Below, one piece after another: positions 25,324-37,100 of a stretch of DNA of 64,000 nt (position 1 is its first letter; the number at the start of each line of letters is the position of its first letter). The notes below the pieces were generated by a model. The model had not been told where the DNA came from. It ran no database searches and saw nothing but the letters and a program-made list of their open reading frames with translations. Location of the stretch: assembly GCA_054600435.1 (NCBI GenBank), contig BAAIJX010000026.1:248001-312000 (forward strand), in the 5' to 3' direction. This DNA is from Neophaeotheca triangularis (taxonomy: Eukaryota). A program made the translations under genes and the position numbers.

Positions 25324-26829
25324 ATGGCCACACACCCCGAAATCAAATCCCTCGCCATGATCGGCTGCGGCTCCATGGGCGGCGGAATGGCACTACTCTT
25401 CGCCGAGCACGGCCTGCAAGTCAGCTTGCAAGACCCCTCAGAAGCAGCCATGGACAAGATCCTCGCGAGCGCCAAAACGGACGGCCTCGAGGCCCGCGTC
25501 AAAAAGTTTTCCAACTATGCCGATCTGTGCGCTTCCCTCGGCAGTCCCAAGGTTTTCGTCTGGAGTCTGCCGCATGGACGCGTCGGGGATTCGGTTTTGG
25601 AGGGTTTGATGCCGTTTTTGTCCAAGGGGGATGTGCTTATTGATGCCGCTAATGAGCATTGGCAGAATACCGAGAGGCGGATGGGGAAGTGCGCGGTGAG
25701 GGGGATTCGCTATGTGGGCATGGGGGTTTCTGGTGGGTATCAGGCTGCTCGTCGGGGGCCGTCCATGTGTCCGGCTTCCGATGGGGAGACACTTGATCTG
25801 GTTCTGCCGCTTTTGCGGAAGGTTGCTGCCAAGGATGTCGATGGCCGGCCTTGTGTTGGCCGCGCGGGCACGGGTGGCGCAGGTCATTATGTGAAGATGA
25901 TTCACAATGGTATCGAGCACGGTATGATGAGCGCCATTGCCGAAGCCTGGGCGATCATGTCCAAGGGTTTACAAATGTCGTATGATGAGATTGCCGACGT
26001 TTTGGACGCATGGAATCGCGAGGGCGAGCTGAAGAATACCTTCCTGATCGGCATCGGCGCCGACATCTGCCGCATGCAAGACCCAAGCCGCAACAACGAG
26101 CGTGTCCTCTCTACCGTCGCCGACAAAGTCGTCCAAGACTTCACCGGCGAAGAGGGCACCGGCGTCTGGTCCAACACCGAAGCCATCGAGCAGCACATTC
26201 CCGCCCCGACCCTCTCAACCGCCCACTTCCTCCGCATCGCCAGCGGCGACCGCAACCAACGCAGCAGCATCAACAGCGCCTTCGCCGGCTCCATCGCCGC
26301 CCCGCAACCCCTCTCCACCGTCCAAGACCGCGCCGCCTTCCTCGAACACCTCCGCAAAGCCGTCTACGCAGCTTGCCTCTCAGCTTACGCCCAAGGCATG
26401 GCCATCATCGCCCACGCCGACCGCGCCAACCACTTCAACATCTCCTACCCCGAAGTCCTCCAAATCTGGTCCGCAGGCTGCATAATCCGCGCCGACCACC
26501 TGGTCAACGACCTCCTCAAACCCATCTACAAAACCTCGCAAACCCCGCCCACGAACCCCCTCTCCTCCCCGCCCGTCGCCGAGGAGTTGAAGCAGCTATT
26601 CCCCAGTTTGAAACACGTCTGTCTCAAAGCCGTCGAGGGCGATCACTTCGTCCCCGCGCTTAGCGCCAGTCTGGAGTATTTGAAGATAATGACGAGTGTG
26701 GAGCTTTTGCCTGCGAGCTTCTACGAGGCGCAGTTGGATTATTTCGGGAGTCACATGTACGATCGGTGGAATGATGAGACCGGGGAGCCGGTTGAGGGCA
26801 AGCATCATTATGAGTGGAAAGCTGCGTGA
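25324..26829 (+). CDS. 6-phosphogluconate dehydrogenase-family protein (atypical paralog)
   Basis: 501 aa; 'IGCGSMGG', 'GMGVSGG', 'GAGHYVKMIHNGIEHG', 'AGCIIRA', 'DYFGSH'. Confidence 0.9.
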   Translation: MATHPEIKSLAMIGCGSMGGGMALLFAEHGLQVSLQDPSEAAMDKILASAKTDGLEARVKKFSNYADLCASLGSPKVFVWSLPHGRVGDSVLEGLMPFLSKGDVLIDAANEHWQNTERRMGKCAVRGIRYVGMGVSGGYQAARRGPSMCPASDGETLDLVLPLLRKVAAKDVDGRPCVGRAGTGGAGHYVKMIHNGIEHGMMSAIAEAWAIMSKGLQMSYDEIADVLDAWNREGELKNTFLIGIGADICRMQDPSRNNERVLSTVADKVVQDFTGEEGTGVWSNTEAIEQHIPAPTLSTAHFLRIASGDRNQRSSINSAFAGSIAAPQPLSTVQDRAAFLEHLRKAVYAACLSAYAQGMAIIAHADRANHFNISYPEVLQIWSAGCIIRADHLVNDLLKPIYKTSQTPPTNPLSSPPVAEELKQLFPSLKHVCLKAVEGDHFVPALSASLEYLKIMTSVELLPASFYEAQLDYFGSHMYDRWNDETGEPVEGKHHYEWKAA

Positions 26830-27524
26830 GAGGGGTGTGGGGGTTTTCTGTTCTTGGCATTGTTATTGTTAGACGAGACCTGAGGCATTAGGAGGTAGAG
26901 GGGTGTGATATTTTGTGTGAAATAGTCTGAGATCCTCGAATGCTGAATCCCTACCATCTCCCCAAACTCTGACCCTAAGGGGCACTTCTTATATCTGACT
27001 GTCGGAAGGCAAGGTAGGGTTCGATGTCCTTCGTCGAGATGACACCCGTCCTTGCGAAGCCACCAAGACTTGAAACAGGGCTGGCGTGTCGTAGCGCGTT
27101 GTCTTGGGGGCACGTCCGGTGTTCACAGAGCAACAGCTGGACGAACATTGTTAAGGGTGATCGTCGTGAACTCTCGTTGGCCCTGAGAGTTGCCATGCGC
27201 TGATTACACCCCTAGGTGACCCATCTTCCTCCTTTCACTTTTAACGTGCACAAGATTAAGAGGTGCGCGGGTGCGTAATCTACTGGCCAATTTGAAGAGC
27301 GCGAAATGCTTCACGAGTATTGCAAGGGTATATAAAGCACAAACGCCAATTCCGCTGTTCCCCTTGTTTCTAAAGCGTTGCCGTCAAGAAGGCGCCGTAC
27401 AAAGGAAACAAGACCGAAGCAAGCGGTCGATAAGAGCAGAGAACGCAACGATCCAAAGGTCTCCCCGAAGCCACCGTTACGCCGTGCCACGCAATCCACC
27501 AGCCCCCAGCTCCCGCTCTCGGTC

Positions 27525-29225
27525 TCACTCATTCAACGCATGCGTGGGACAAACGCCAACCCCCCTCCTCTCCCACCAGCCCCTAATACACGCCCGGTGG
27601 AATTTACACAAACACTCCATCCGACCAAGCTCGTCCCCCGGCTCGAAATCCTCGAAACATATTATGCACTCCTGCTGCCCGCCCTCAGAGTCTAGACAGT
27701 CTTTCTCCGTGGCTTTGTAGACGGCCATGCCGCGCGGGCGATGCATGCTGCTGCTCGCGCGGGGGCGTGTGGGAGCGGTGGCCGGGGGTGTGGAAGCCGT
27801 GGCGGCGGCGGGGTTGAGGGGGAGGCGGGAGGATGCAAGATTCGGGGTTTGATTGGGATTGTTGGGGTGTGAGGAGGGTGTGCCACTGCCGAAGCGCGTG
27901 GAGATGCAGTCTTGGATGTGCTGCTCGCGGATTGCGGTTCCCGGGGGCATTTCGTCGCCACAGACGGGACATTCGTCTTCTTCGGGAATTTCACGGCGGG
28001 GTTCGGGGGTAGGAGGAAGGGCGCGGGTGGTGCTGTTGGATTGGCTGCTGCGGTGGCGGACTGGGGGTGGGAGCATGCTAGAGCGGGGTTGGTAAGAGGA
28101 GGAGACTGATGCGAGTGGGCGTGGCGGCAGGCCTGCGGGACGCGGGTCGCTTGGGAGGAGAGGGCGGCTGGAGCTGGGTTGGTAGGACAGACTGCGGTTT
28201 CGGTTTGTCGTTGCGTGGGCGGAGTTCGAGGAATGGGATGTGGAGGTTGCATGATCACGCTGAGCGTGGTGCGGGCCTACGTAGCGGTAGCGCGCGGCTT
28301 CTCGACCGCTTGTACTGTCTCCTCGTTCTAGCCTGTTGGTTAGCAAGGGCGGAGCGGGAACTCCAGTCGTTGCGTTGGCTGTCGAAGCCAGATGGGGTGA
28401 GTTCGGTGCATCCGGCGTCCAAGGATCTGGCACGCATGGATTGCATACTCGGACGACTTCACCGCCACCAAGGTTGGGCCGCGCGACCGGACTCTCTGTT
28501 GATGCTGCAGGAGTCAAAGCATTGGGAGGCTGCACAATATATTGTCGAGGGATGGTGATGCGATGAGGAGAGCAGGTGGAGCAGACGACGCGGCCGCATT
28601 TGCTGGGTGGCTCATGTCAGACTTTATCTCCGACACTATCTCATGGAAGAAAGCATGCGACTCACCGACAATGGTGTCTCCTAGTCCAAAAGTTAAAGAC
28701 ATTGCCGCAAACTGGGCATTTCGTGACTTCATGGTCTGGCTGCCAGCGTGGAAGCTGGTCACTGCCCCTTCTCGAACTCTCGTCCTCCCTCCGGCTTTCC
28801 TCCGTCACTCTTCTGATGGGTCCCTCATTTCTAGGTGCTCTTGGTGGGGAAGATAGATCGATCGCTGTCCCAAGACTACCGCCATCCCTCACCGCTCCGG
28901 CCTCGTTCATACCGCCGTGCTCAGGCATAGCGATCCTCCCGTGAAAGCTCCTTTGATGATAGCAGTGTTCGCCCCTGTGATGATAATAGTGGCCCCTCCT
29001 ATCAGGCTCGGGCGCCGTCGTCAACCGCCTCTTCCTATCCTGTGACTCTGTACGATGAGTTGGTGGTCTTTGAAATTCGTCCGTGACTTGCTGGCGAGGA
29101 GTAACGCTGCTAGGTGCTATTGTGCGGCCTGCTGACCGTAGAAAGTCCAGCCATGTCTCTTCTTGGGTTCGTTCTGAGGACTCTGGATTCTGTTGAGGGA
29201 CGTGACGATTTTCGCTCTCTGACAT
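27525..29225 (-). CDS. PIB1: FYVE-domain RING-H2 E3 ubiquitin ligase (Pib1-like)
   Basis: Exons 29225-28666 and 28602-27525 (63-nt intron) restore the FYVE motif 'WQPD...CPVC...RRHHCR|KCGRVVCSTCS...RVCNPC'; C-terminal 'CIICFEDF...CLCKFHRACIRGW...CPTH'; 545 aa. Confidence 0.9.
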
Positions 29226-29696
29226 ATCCCGATGACTTGGTTCGTTCGATGTATCGATGGCCCGCTCGTGGCGGAGATAGCGTGTCTCTGTGGAGGTCTC
29301 GTGATCGATTCGTTTGTGACTGAAGAGTCGTAACTAATCAGTCTGCCTCCCTTCGAAAGAGCCCTGCAAGGTAGAAATGGTGATCTCAAGGGTAGACCAA
29401 CGACACCCTCGAAAGCCCATGGCAACGGAGGTGGCGTGTATGTAAGCAACCCTTACCTATCTTATCACCTCCTTATCTATCTCCGACTCCGATGCTCCGC
29501 CAACACTAGCGGTCGGTCCCTCAACCTTATCTCGACATCAGCGCACGTGCCCTCGCTCGCCGTTCGCAATGCCAGAGCCCCTTATGGGTGTTGAGACGGT
29601 TTCGCGAATATCTTCCACCTTGAAAGGTGCCTTCTCTACATTATTTCCGGCCTGAAACGCGTTCTTCGCCCTTTGTTATTGCTCAGCAATGGCCAG

Positions 29697-31256
29697 ATGC
29701 CCCGTACTCGATCCTCCCTATCTGCCTTTAGCAGGACCCTCTTCCGCTACCTCTTCTTACCAACCCTGATCGCCGCCGTTTGGCTCTACCTTTACCCAAT
29801 TATCCATGGCTGTTCCTTCCCCTCCGCCAGCACGAACTACGATGGTAATCAAACTGCTCCCTTCCGACTCCTTGCCTTAGGTGATCCGCAACTAGAAGGC
29901 GATTCGTCGCTGCCTGCTCCGAATGCGCCAGCATTTCCTAGCCTACGTGGTTTCCTCAACGGCCGCAAAGATTGGAGCAGCGTCGCAAGAGATGTACTCT
30001 TGAAAGACATACCGAAACTGGCCCAGGGATACAGGAAACAGCTGGACCTTTGGGGCAACGACTATTACCTGGCACACATATACCGCCATGTGCGCTGGTG
30101 GACGCAGCCTACACATACCATAGTGTTGGGTGACCTACTAGGAAGCCAATGGATCGATGATGATGAATTTGAGTGGCGTGCCAGGAGATTCTGGGGCCGG
30201 ACGTTTGCTGGAGGGGTTAAAGTCCCAGACGACATTATGGAAGAAGAGGGACGGACGGAAGCTTTGGGGAACGATAAGGAATGGGAAGACAGAATAATGG
30301 TAATCCCAGGAAATCACGACATCGGCTACGCAGGCGACATCAACCAAGGACGAGTTGAGCGTTTCGAGCGCGTCTTCGGCAGAATGAATTGGGACATCAC
30401 CTTTACCCTGAACTCCTCACTTTCTGGCCCAAGCTTGCACCTTGTCCTCCTCAACAGCATGAACCTCGATTCTCCCGCTTTCTCCCGATCGCTTCAAGAC
30501 CAGACCCAGGCCTTCCTCTCCCGCCAGCTCTCTACACCCGCATCCTCCCCCAACCACGCCACAGTCCTTCTAACCCACATCCCCCTCCACAAACCCGCAG
30601 GCATCTGTACCGACGCCCCTTTCTTCGACTACTTCCCCTCCTGGAACGGCGGCGGTATTAAAGAGCAGAACCACCTCAGCGAGGAAACGAGCAAAGATCT
30701 CCTAGACAGACTCCTCTCCACGGCAGCAGAACGCAGCCTCCACAACGACTGGTGCGAAACTTGCTACAGCAATTCAATCTACTACCCTTCCCGGCCCAAA
30801 GCCATCATTCTCAACGGCCACGATCACGAAGGTTGCGATTCCTTCCACCACCTTGTTTCTGACCCCGCCACGACCCGACCTGGGTGGGAAACTATCCCCC
30901 ACACATTGTCTCACTTGTCTTACGCTGTTCGAGCCCTGGGAACGCAACCGTGGTTGAGAGAAATTACGGTTCGGAGTATGATGGGTCAGTATGGGGGTAA
31001 TGCGGGGATGCTGAGTGCGTGGTGGGAGGGGGATGTTGACCTGAATGCGACGGGAGCGCCGGGCTTGAGGAAAGGTGGATGGCGATTCGAGTACTCGACT
31101 TGTGAGTTGGGTGTACAGCATTGGTGGTGGGGCACGCATACGCTTGTCGTCATTGAGGTGGCTTTGGGAGCCGTGTGGGTGCTTGCGAAGTTGCTGGATG
31201 CTTTGGGTGGTGGTAAAGAGCGGATTAGGCAGGGGCGGAAGGAGAAGAGGGGATGA
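29697..31256 (+). CDS. TED1: Calcineurin-like metallophosphoesterase Ted1 (GPI remodelling)
   Basis: N-terminal TM helix, 'LGDPQLEGD', 'DLWGNDYYLAHIY', 'LGDLLGSQWI.D.EF', 'GNHDIGY', 'HIPLHK', 'GHDHEGC', 'EITVRSMMG', C-terminal TM helix. Confidence 0.9.
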   Translation: MPRTRSSLSAFSRTLFRYLFLPTLIAAVWLYLYPIIHGCSFPSASTNYDGNQTAPFRLLALGDPQLEGDSSLPAPNAPAFPSLRGFLNGRKDWSSVARDVLLKDIPKLAQGYRKQLDLWGNDYYLAHIYRHVRWWTQPTHTIVLGDLLGSQWIDDDEFEWRARRFWGRTFAGGVKVPDDIMEEEGRTEALGNDKEWEDRIMVIPGNHDIGYAGDINQGRVERFERVFGRMNWDITFTLNSSLSGPSLHLVLLNSMNLDSPAFSRSLQDQTQAFLSRQLSTPASSPNHATVLLTHIPLHKPAGICTDAPFFDYFPSWNGGGIKEQNHLSEETSKDLLDRLLSTAAERSLHNDWCETCYSNSIYYPSRPKAIILNGHDHEGCDSFHHLVSDPATTRPGWETIPHTLSHLSYAVRALGTQPWLREITVRSMMGQYGGNAGMLSAWWEGDVDLNATGAPGLRKGGWRFEYSTCELGVQHWWWGTHTLVVIEVALGAVWVLAKLLDALGGGKERIRQGRKEKRG

Positions 31257-32386
31257 AATCGGCCTGGCGGTGTGCATGTGTTGAATACCCTAGACCCGTA
31301 CAGTATAGCACTAATTGGAACATTAGACAGCAGATCTTTGAGTTCTCCCTCTTTCATTCCGTCGGCTCGACTGCTGACCGCTAGGCTGCGATGGTAGTGA
31401 TTCCACCCCTATTTGCGTTCATCGAGCTGTTTTCGGTGCTACGTACAACCCGCTCCTATTTCCGAAGCAATAAGCAACAGTGAATCAGCAGGCTCTGTTG
31501 CCTGCTTCCAAAACAATGCTCAACATCCTGTCGTAATTGGGCGAAACATCACTTGAAAAAATACTATTAGCCACCATGCGCTGCATCTTGACATTGCGTG
31601 GCAAGATAGTCAACTCATGGAGCTGGCTGCAGAGATGAGCTTCTGTCGATGGTATGTATGACAACGTGTAGCTATGGTATCCTGTCAGCAGTGTCAACTT
31701 ACAACTGCCCGGGTCAGATACATTATCGGGGAAGCAGAGCCCACCGGCCAGGCATGGGTCACTATCAGTCTTGCCAGAAGCTTGTGCGGAGACCACCCAG
31801 CACATCAATGGGCACGAATGCCTGTACATTGCCGAAGTCTGAAGGATTCTGAGCAATTCCTCAAAGCTTGCGGAGCTGATAGTTCTTCGAGAGTCGGAGG
31901 GTCGCTAAACGTTTGCGCGCTTGGATTGGGCGGGAATGCTGATTGATTCATCATGTTACGCACTTGAGAGCCCAGGCGTCAATGACGCTCCCTAGCTCTA
32001 TTCACTACGATAGGGATTGGCTGTAGTAAGCACAATTCAAGCATATTCAAAGCTCGTCTGCTGTGTAGAAGCTGGTTGGCTTGAAACGATTGCACCGAAT
32101 TCACCAGCATTCAAAATTATTTTAAGTTCTTGGGAAAACAAATCGAACTACCAGTTCAGTAAAGCCTCCTCGACTTCGACCTACATCAAAGAGTCCCAAC
32201 GTGATGGACCAACAGTAATACCTCTATCTTCCCGACCATACCGAAAACGAGACATGTCGTCGGGACTTGATCACCGAAGAAAGCCCAGTGCACGGGCCAA
32301 ACAGTAACCGACACCTCGGCATCTATGTCACTGCTTAAGACTGTCGCGTTTTGGACGCTCTCTCGAAGACACGATGTGTTAAATCA

Positions 32387-33874
32387 ATGGCAGACTTCGC
32401 GGCGGCTCAGCAACGTGTTCTCGCTCGGCGCGCAGCGAGGGAAGCAGTCGCCCGATCAGAAGCTCGAGAGCGCGCAGCTTCCCGCGCCGCAACGGTCGAC
32501 TTCCTTCGGCTACCTCCTGGATTGCGAGTGCTTGCAGAACAATCTTTGCGCGCATGGGAGACTGTTAGCAGTCCCTATGGCACCAGACCGGCGTTTCGAG
32601 TAGGGCAGGTAGATGCCGAGCTCCTGGATGAAGAACTGTTGGAACTCTTGAAGAACCAAGCAGGCGAGGGGTTGAAGTTGTATGGTGGACATTTGAAAGA
32701 CGAATGGGGAGCGGAGATAGGTGCAGCACTACGAGCAGCGCTTTGGAAACTGTCGATATGGGATCACGCAGCCAGCTATGGTGCTTCTCTGCAAGGTCTA
32801 AAGTACATCGACGCGCGCTCGGATACCAGACGAGAAGCAACGGCCTGGCAACGTGTCGCGTACGGCTTGCTCACTGTTGGCGGTAGATATGCGTGGACCA
32901 GGTGGGAGGATTATCTCGCCAATACTGAAAATGGCTACGACGAGCCATCACCATTGATGAAACGCCTCAGCCGATTCACGACTCTCTTCGATACGACACA
33001 CAACATCGCCGCTTTCACATCATTTCTAATCTTCCTATACAATGGTCGCTACCGTACTCTGACCGATCGGATCCTGCGCCTACGATTGGTCCCTTCGAGC
33101 AATCAAACAAACCGCGAGGTATCATTTGAATACCTGAATCGGCAATTAGTCTGGCATGCGTTCACGGAATTTCTCCTATTCCTCCTGCCCCTCGTAGGCA
33201 TTTCTCGATGGAAACGATGGCTTGCACGAGCATGGAAGAAGGCAAAAACCACAGTGACAGGGCTACGGTACGGTAGAGCAGCGGCAGATGCTGAAGACGA
33301 TGACATACAGAAGGGCGAGCTTGCGTTTCTACCGGAGCGAACGTGTGCTATTTGCTACCAGGATCAGAACCCAGCTGGGGGAGCGCAGAGCGAGCAGGAT
33401 ATGCTGGCTTCGCAAGCTTCGGGAGGCGGTGGTGTGATTGGATCGGCCATGACTGACATCACCAATCCTTATGAGACTATACCTTGTGGGTGCATCTACT
33501 GCTTCGTCTGCCTTGCGCAGCGCATAGAAGCGGAAGAAGGCGAGGGGTGGACTTGTCTGAGGTGCGGTGACCTTGTAAAAGAATGCCGACCGTGGGATGG
33601 AGATGTACTGGTTGAGCGCAAGGGCAGGCTGAGTGGGAGTTCCGGGTTTGTGAGCGATGGCCGGCCTGCTAGTCGAAAAAGCGTTGTCTTTGCCGAAGAC
33701 CTAGACGGCGAAAGGGAAATGGCGGCGAAGGAAGAATACTGGGAGAAACCCATGAGCGAGGTCGACCCTATGCCGGTAGAAGACAGCGATGAAGGATATG
33801 ACGAAGGCCCGTTCGACGACGAAAGGGCTCGCGAGGGGTCTTGGCAGTGGGCGAGAGATGATAATGTTTTGTAA
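32387..33874 (+). CDS. PEX2: Peroxin-2 (peroxisomal RING ubiquitin ligase subunit)
   Basis: 'FRVGQVDAELLDEEL', 'ASYGASLQGLKY', 'GRYRTLTDRIL', 'REVSFEYLNRQLVWHAFTEFLLF', RING 'CAIC...CGCIYCFVC...CLRC'. Confidence 0.93.
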   Translation: MADFAAAQQRVLARRAAREAVARSEARERAASRAATVDFLRLPPGLRVLAEQSLRAWETVSSPYGTRPAFRVGQVDAELLDEELLELLKNQAGEGLKLYGGHLKDEWGAEIGAALRAALWKLSIWDHAASYGASLQGLKYIDARSDTRREATAWQRVAYGLLTVGGRYAWTRWEDYLANTENGYDEPSPLMKRLSRFTTLFDTTHNIAAFTSFLIFLYNGRYRTLTDRILRLRLVPSSNQTNREVSFEYLNRQLVWHAFTEFLLFLLPLVGISRWKRWLARAWKKAKTTVTGLRYGRAAADAEDDDIQKGELAFLPERTCAICYQDQNPAGGAQSEQDMLASQASGGGGVIGSAMTDITNPYETIPCGCIYCFVCLAQRIEAEEGEGWTCLRCGDLVKECRPWDGDVLVERKGRLSGSSGFVSDGRPASRKSVVFAEDLDGEREMAAKEEYWEKPMSEVDPMPVEDSDEGYDEGPFDDERAREGSWQWARDDNVL

Positions 33875-34177
33875 AAGTGTCACAAATGCTGCTCAGACTT
33901 TCCTGGCAGTAAGTTTCTCGTTACAATCAATTATTTGTACTGTATTTTCCACAGAGCTAAAAGCTACAACACTTACTGAAGCCTCGCTTTCCCCGTCATT
34001 GATGCCTCAGTCAAAAGTCTTGGCATTGAGATCTCCCCGCTGAAGAGACGACACTGTTCTCTACGTACATGCTCGCTAGCATTCTCTTCGAGTCACTTGC
34101 ATTTTCGAGCTGCAGTAGGAACAATGCAATTCTTCGCCAGTCGCCGGTTTCTCTCTTGATCTCTTTGGCAAACTGCA

Positions 34178-37100
34178 ATGATGCAGTTAGTCTTTTCCGG
34201 AGACCCCCCTTCTGGCCATCATAACGCCACCTTTACACCGCCGAACTATCAACTCTATTGCTTTCACGATGTCTGGGATGCGCGGGAGGCCAGATTTGAA
34301 AGATGTTTTCTGGGAGTCATTGCTCTGGTACCAACTGGCTTCGCTGTTCTCGTTCTGCTATCACAAGTCCTAAGACTGGGCATCCAATGGCGGCCCCGCT
34401 GGACACGACCGTTTGTCGAGGAAGAACCACCCGCGAATGACGATCTCGAATACGACGTCAAAACAAAACTGCATTGGAGCCCTCTGACCATTCTCCTCGG
34501 GCTACTAACTTCTCTGGGACTAATCTTCCAGGTGGCTAGTCTGGCGCTCGTCTTGCGCGATCGACATGTTCCTCTCCCCGAAGCTTCGATGGCGGTGCCT
34601 TGGCTTGTAACGTTGTCCGTAACTCTAGTTCAAAGGCCTAGGACCGCTCCTATTAGCATCCTTACGATACAATGTGTGTACATTGTTTGCACGGCCATCA
34701 ATCTGGCGAGTTACCCGCATTGGCCGCTGCAAGCCAGAGAGGGCCTGGACGTTGCAACATTGGTCATGGCTGTACTCTCGGTGCTTACAGCGCTCAACAT
34801 GCCTTTACGGGATCCTCTTCTGTGCAAAAAGGACATTTGCTCGCCCAACATGGAACCCACCTCTGCATTGCGTAGCCCTGAAGACGACATGACAGTCTTC
34901 CAGTTCATGACCATCTCTTGGATGTCGCCCCTAATTAACATCGGCAGCAAGCGCCAACTGCAAGATGAAGATGTATGGCAGCTAGCTTTCGAATTTCAGC
35001 ACAGCAGGCTACACCACGCTTTCCGGCAGCTGAAGGGTAGCGTGGTCAAGCGGCTGCTCAAGGCGAACGGTGGTGATCTCGTCATACTAACATGTCTTGG
35101 CATCCTTGAGTTGTGCGCCAACTATGCTGCACCAGTCTTGCTACAGTACTTGCTCAGAGCCATGCAGGACGCAGCTGCACCAAAACGGGCCGCGGTCACT
35201 TACGCCGCTATAACTTTGGCTGTGCGTCTTATATCGACACAGTCAGGCGTGTTCAGTCTGTGGTTTGGAAGAAGGTGCTATGAACGTTCCAGGGGAGAGA
35301 TGATCACAATGCTGTACGAGAAGACCCTGGGCAGGAAGATTGGGTTCAAGACAGCGGCGGACAAGCAAGACGAAAACGCTGACGTCGATGCAGACGGCAT
35401 TGCGAATGGCCATCAGGATGTTGGCGCAGTGCCGAGCAAGGGAGAATCGCCTTCCCGGTTCATGCGAATATGGCAATCTATCAGTGGCCTCTTCCGTCGC
35501 AGCAAGGAGTCGGAGAAGCAAAAAGAGCCGGCATCCATGGGCAAGATTCTCAATCTGATGCGAAACGACGTCTATGAGGTTGCGCAAAGATTCTGGGAAT
35601 TCCAGCAACTCATCACCAAGCCGCTGAGTGTGGTGTTCTCCATTACTCTTGTGGTCCGCTTCCTCGGATGGTCGTCATTGATCGCGGTGTCCGCCGTGCT
35701 GATCGCCCAGGTGCTCAACTCGATACTGGCTCGTGTCATGATCTACTTCGAGAAGAAGCGTCGAGCAGCGACGGATGAAAAGTTGCAGGTTATCACTCAG
35801 TTCATCGAGGCTATTCGGCATTTACGATGGTACGGGTGGCAATCCGCATGGCTAAAACAGATCATGGCTGCTCGACAGAAGGAATTGAATCTGCGCATCG
35901 TTACTGGACTTTGGAACGTCTTGATCGCCTTTGTGAACACTTCCGCACTCGACCTTACGCCGGTCATTGCGTTCTTCGCTTACACTGTAATTGCCAAGGA
36001 GCCCTTGACTGTTGACATTGCCTTCCCGGCGATGCAACTTTTCCAGATGATGACTAGTGCGTTGCGAGACATACCTCAGCTCATCATCACACTTCTCAAT
36101 GCATATGTTGCCGTTGGCCGCTTGGAAGATTTCATGGCGGAGCCCGACCGCGACCAAAAAGCCACAGAAGCTCTAATCGGAGACAGCCTGGCATTGCACA
36201 AAGCTTCGTTCGCTTGGCCCGGGCACAAGGACCCTGTGATAAAAGAAATCGAAGTGTCCATCCCTGAAGGGCTGACTGTAGTTTGCGGAGAGGTTGGCTC
36301 TGGTAAAACAGCGCTGCTCCAGGCCTTGCTAGGTGAATTAGATCTACTTGACGGCCAACTCATTGCACCACCGGAGCCAGTCGGATACTGTGCCCAAGCG
36401 CCTTGGTTACAGAGCATGAGTGTCCGAGACAACATTTTGTTCTCCGCACCCTATGACGCTAAGCGTTACAGGAACGTCCTAGATGCATGTGCTCTTACCC
36501 CAGATCTCGCTGAATTCAAGGCAGGAGACTTGTCGATGATCGGGGAGAACGGGGTAGGACTCTCGGGAGGCCAGAAAGCTCGTATCGCCCTTGCGAGAGC
36601 CGTCTACAGCACCGCGAAGATCTTGTTGCTTGACGACCCATTGTCAGCGCTCGACCAACAAACCGCGGAAATGATCGTCAAGAAGCTGTTCGCAGGTCCC
36701 TTAGTGCAAGGTCGTACGGTTATCCTCGTCACCCATCGGACAGACCTTGTACTGGGTTTGACGAACCAGATGCTCCAAATCGACAATGGATACGCAAAGC
36801 TTTTGGACCACGATGCCGCAGCTTCTGATAGCCTTCACCGTACTGCGACGGCTCAATCGGAAAAGAAGCTCGGAGAAGAAGCTGAACAGAAACAGCAAGA
36901 TGCAGCCATCCCAGACAAATTCATCGAAGATGAACACCGAGCACAAGGTGGCGTTAAAGCTTCCGTGTACTGGGAATACATTAAAGCTGGTAAACTTTAC
37001 TGGTGGGCTCTACTAGTCACGGTTCTTGCACTCTACCGACTGTCAGACACCGGCCTATCGTGGTTCCTCAAGAGCTGGGGCGAGGCGTACAACACCAAAT

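Noticed and set aside
26010..26663. Long alternative-frame and antisense ORFs overlapping real genes (also 9223-9915 and 62516-63181)
   Set aside because: Shadow ORFs caused by GC-rich codon bias, with low-complexity translations.
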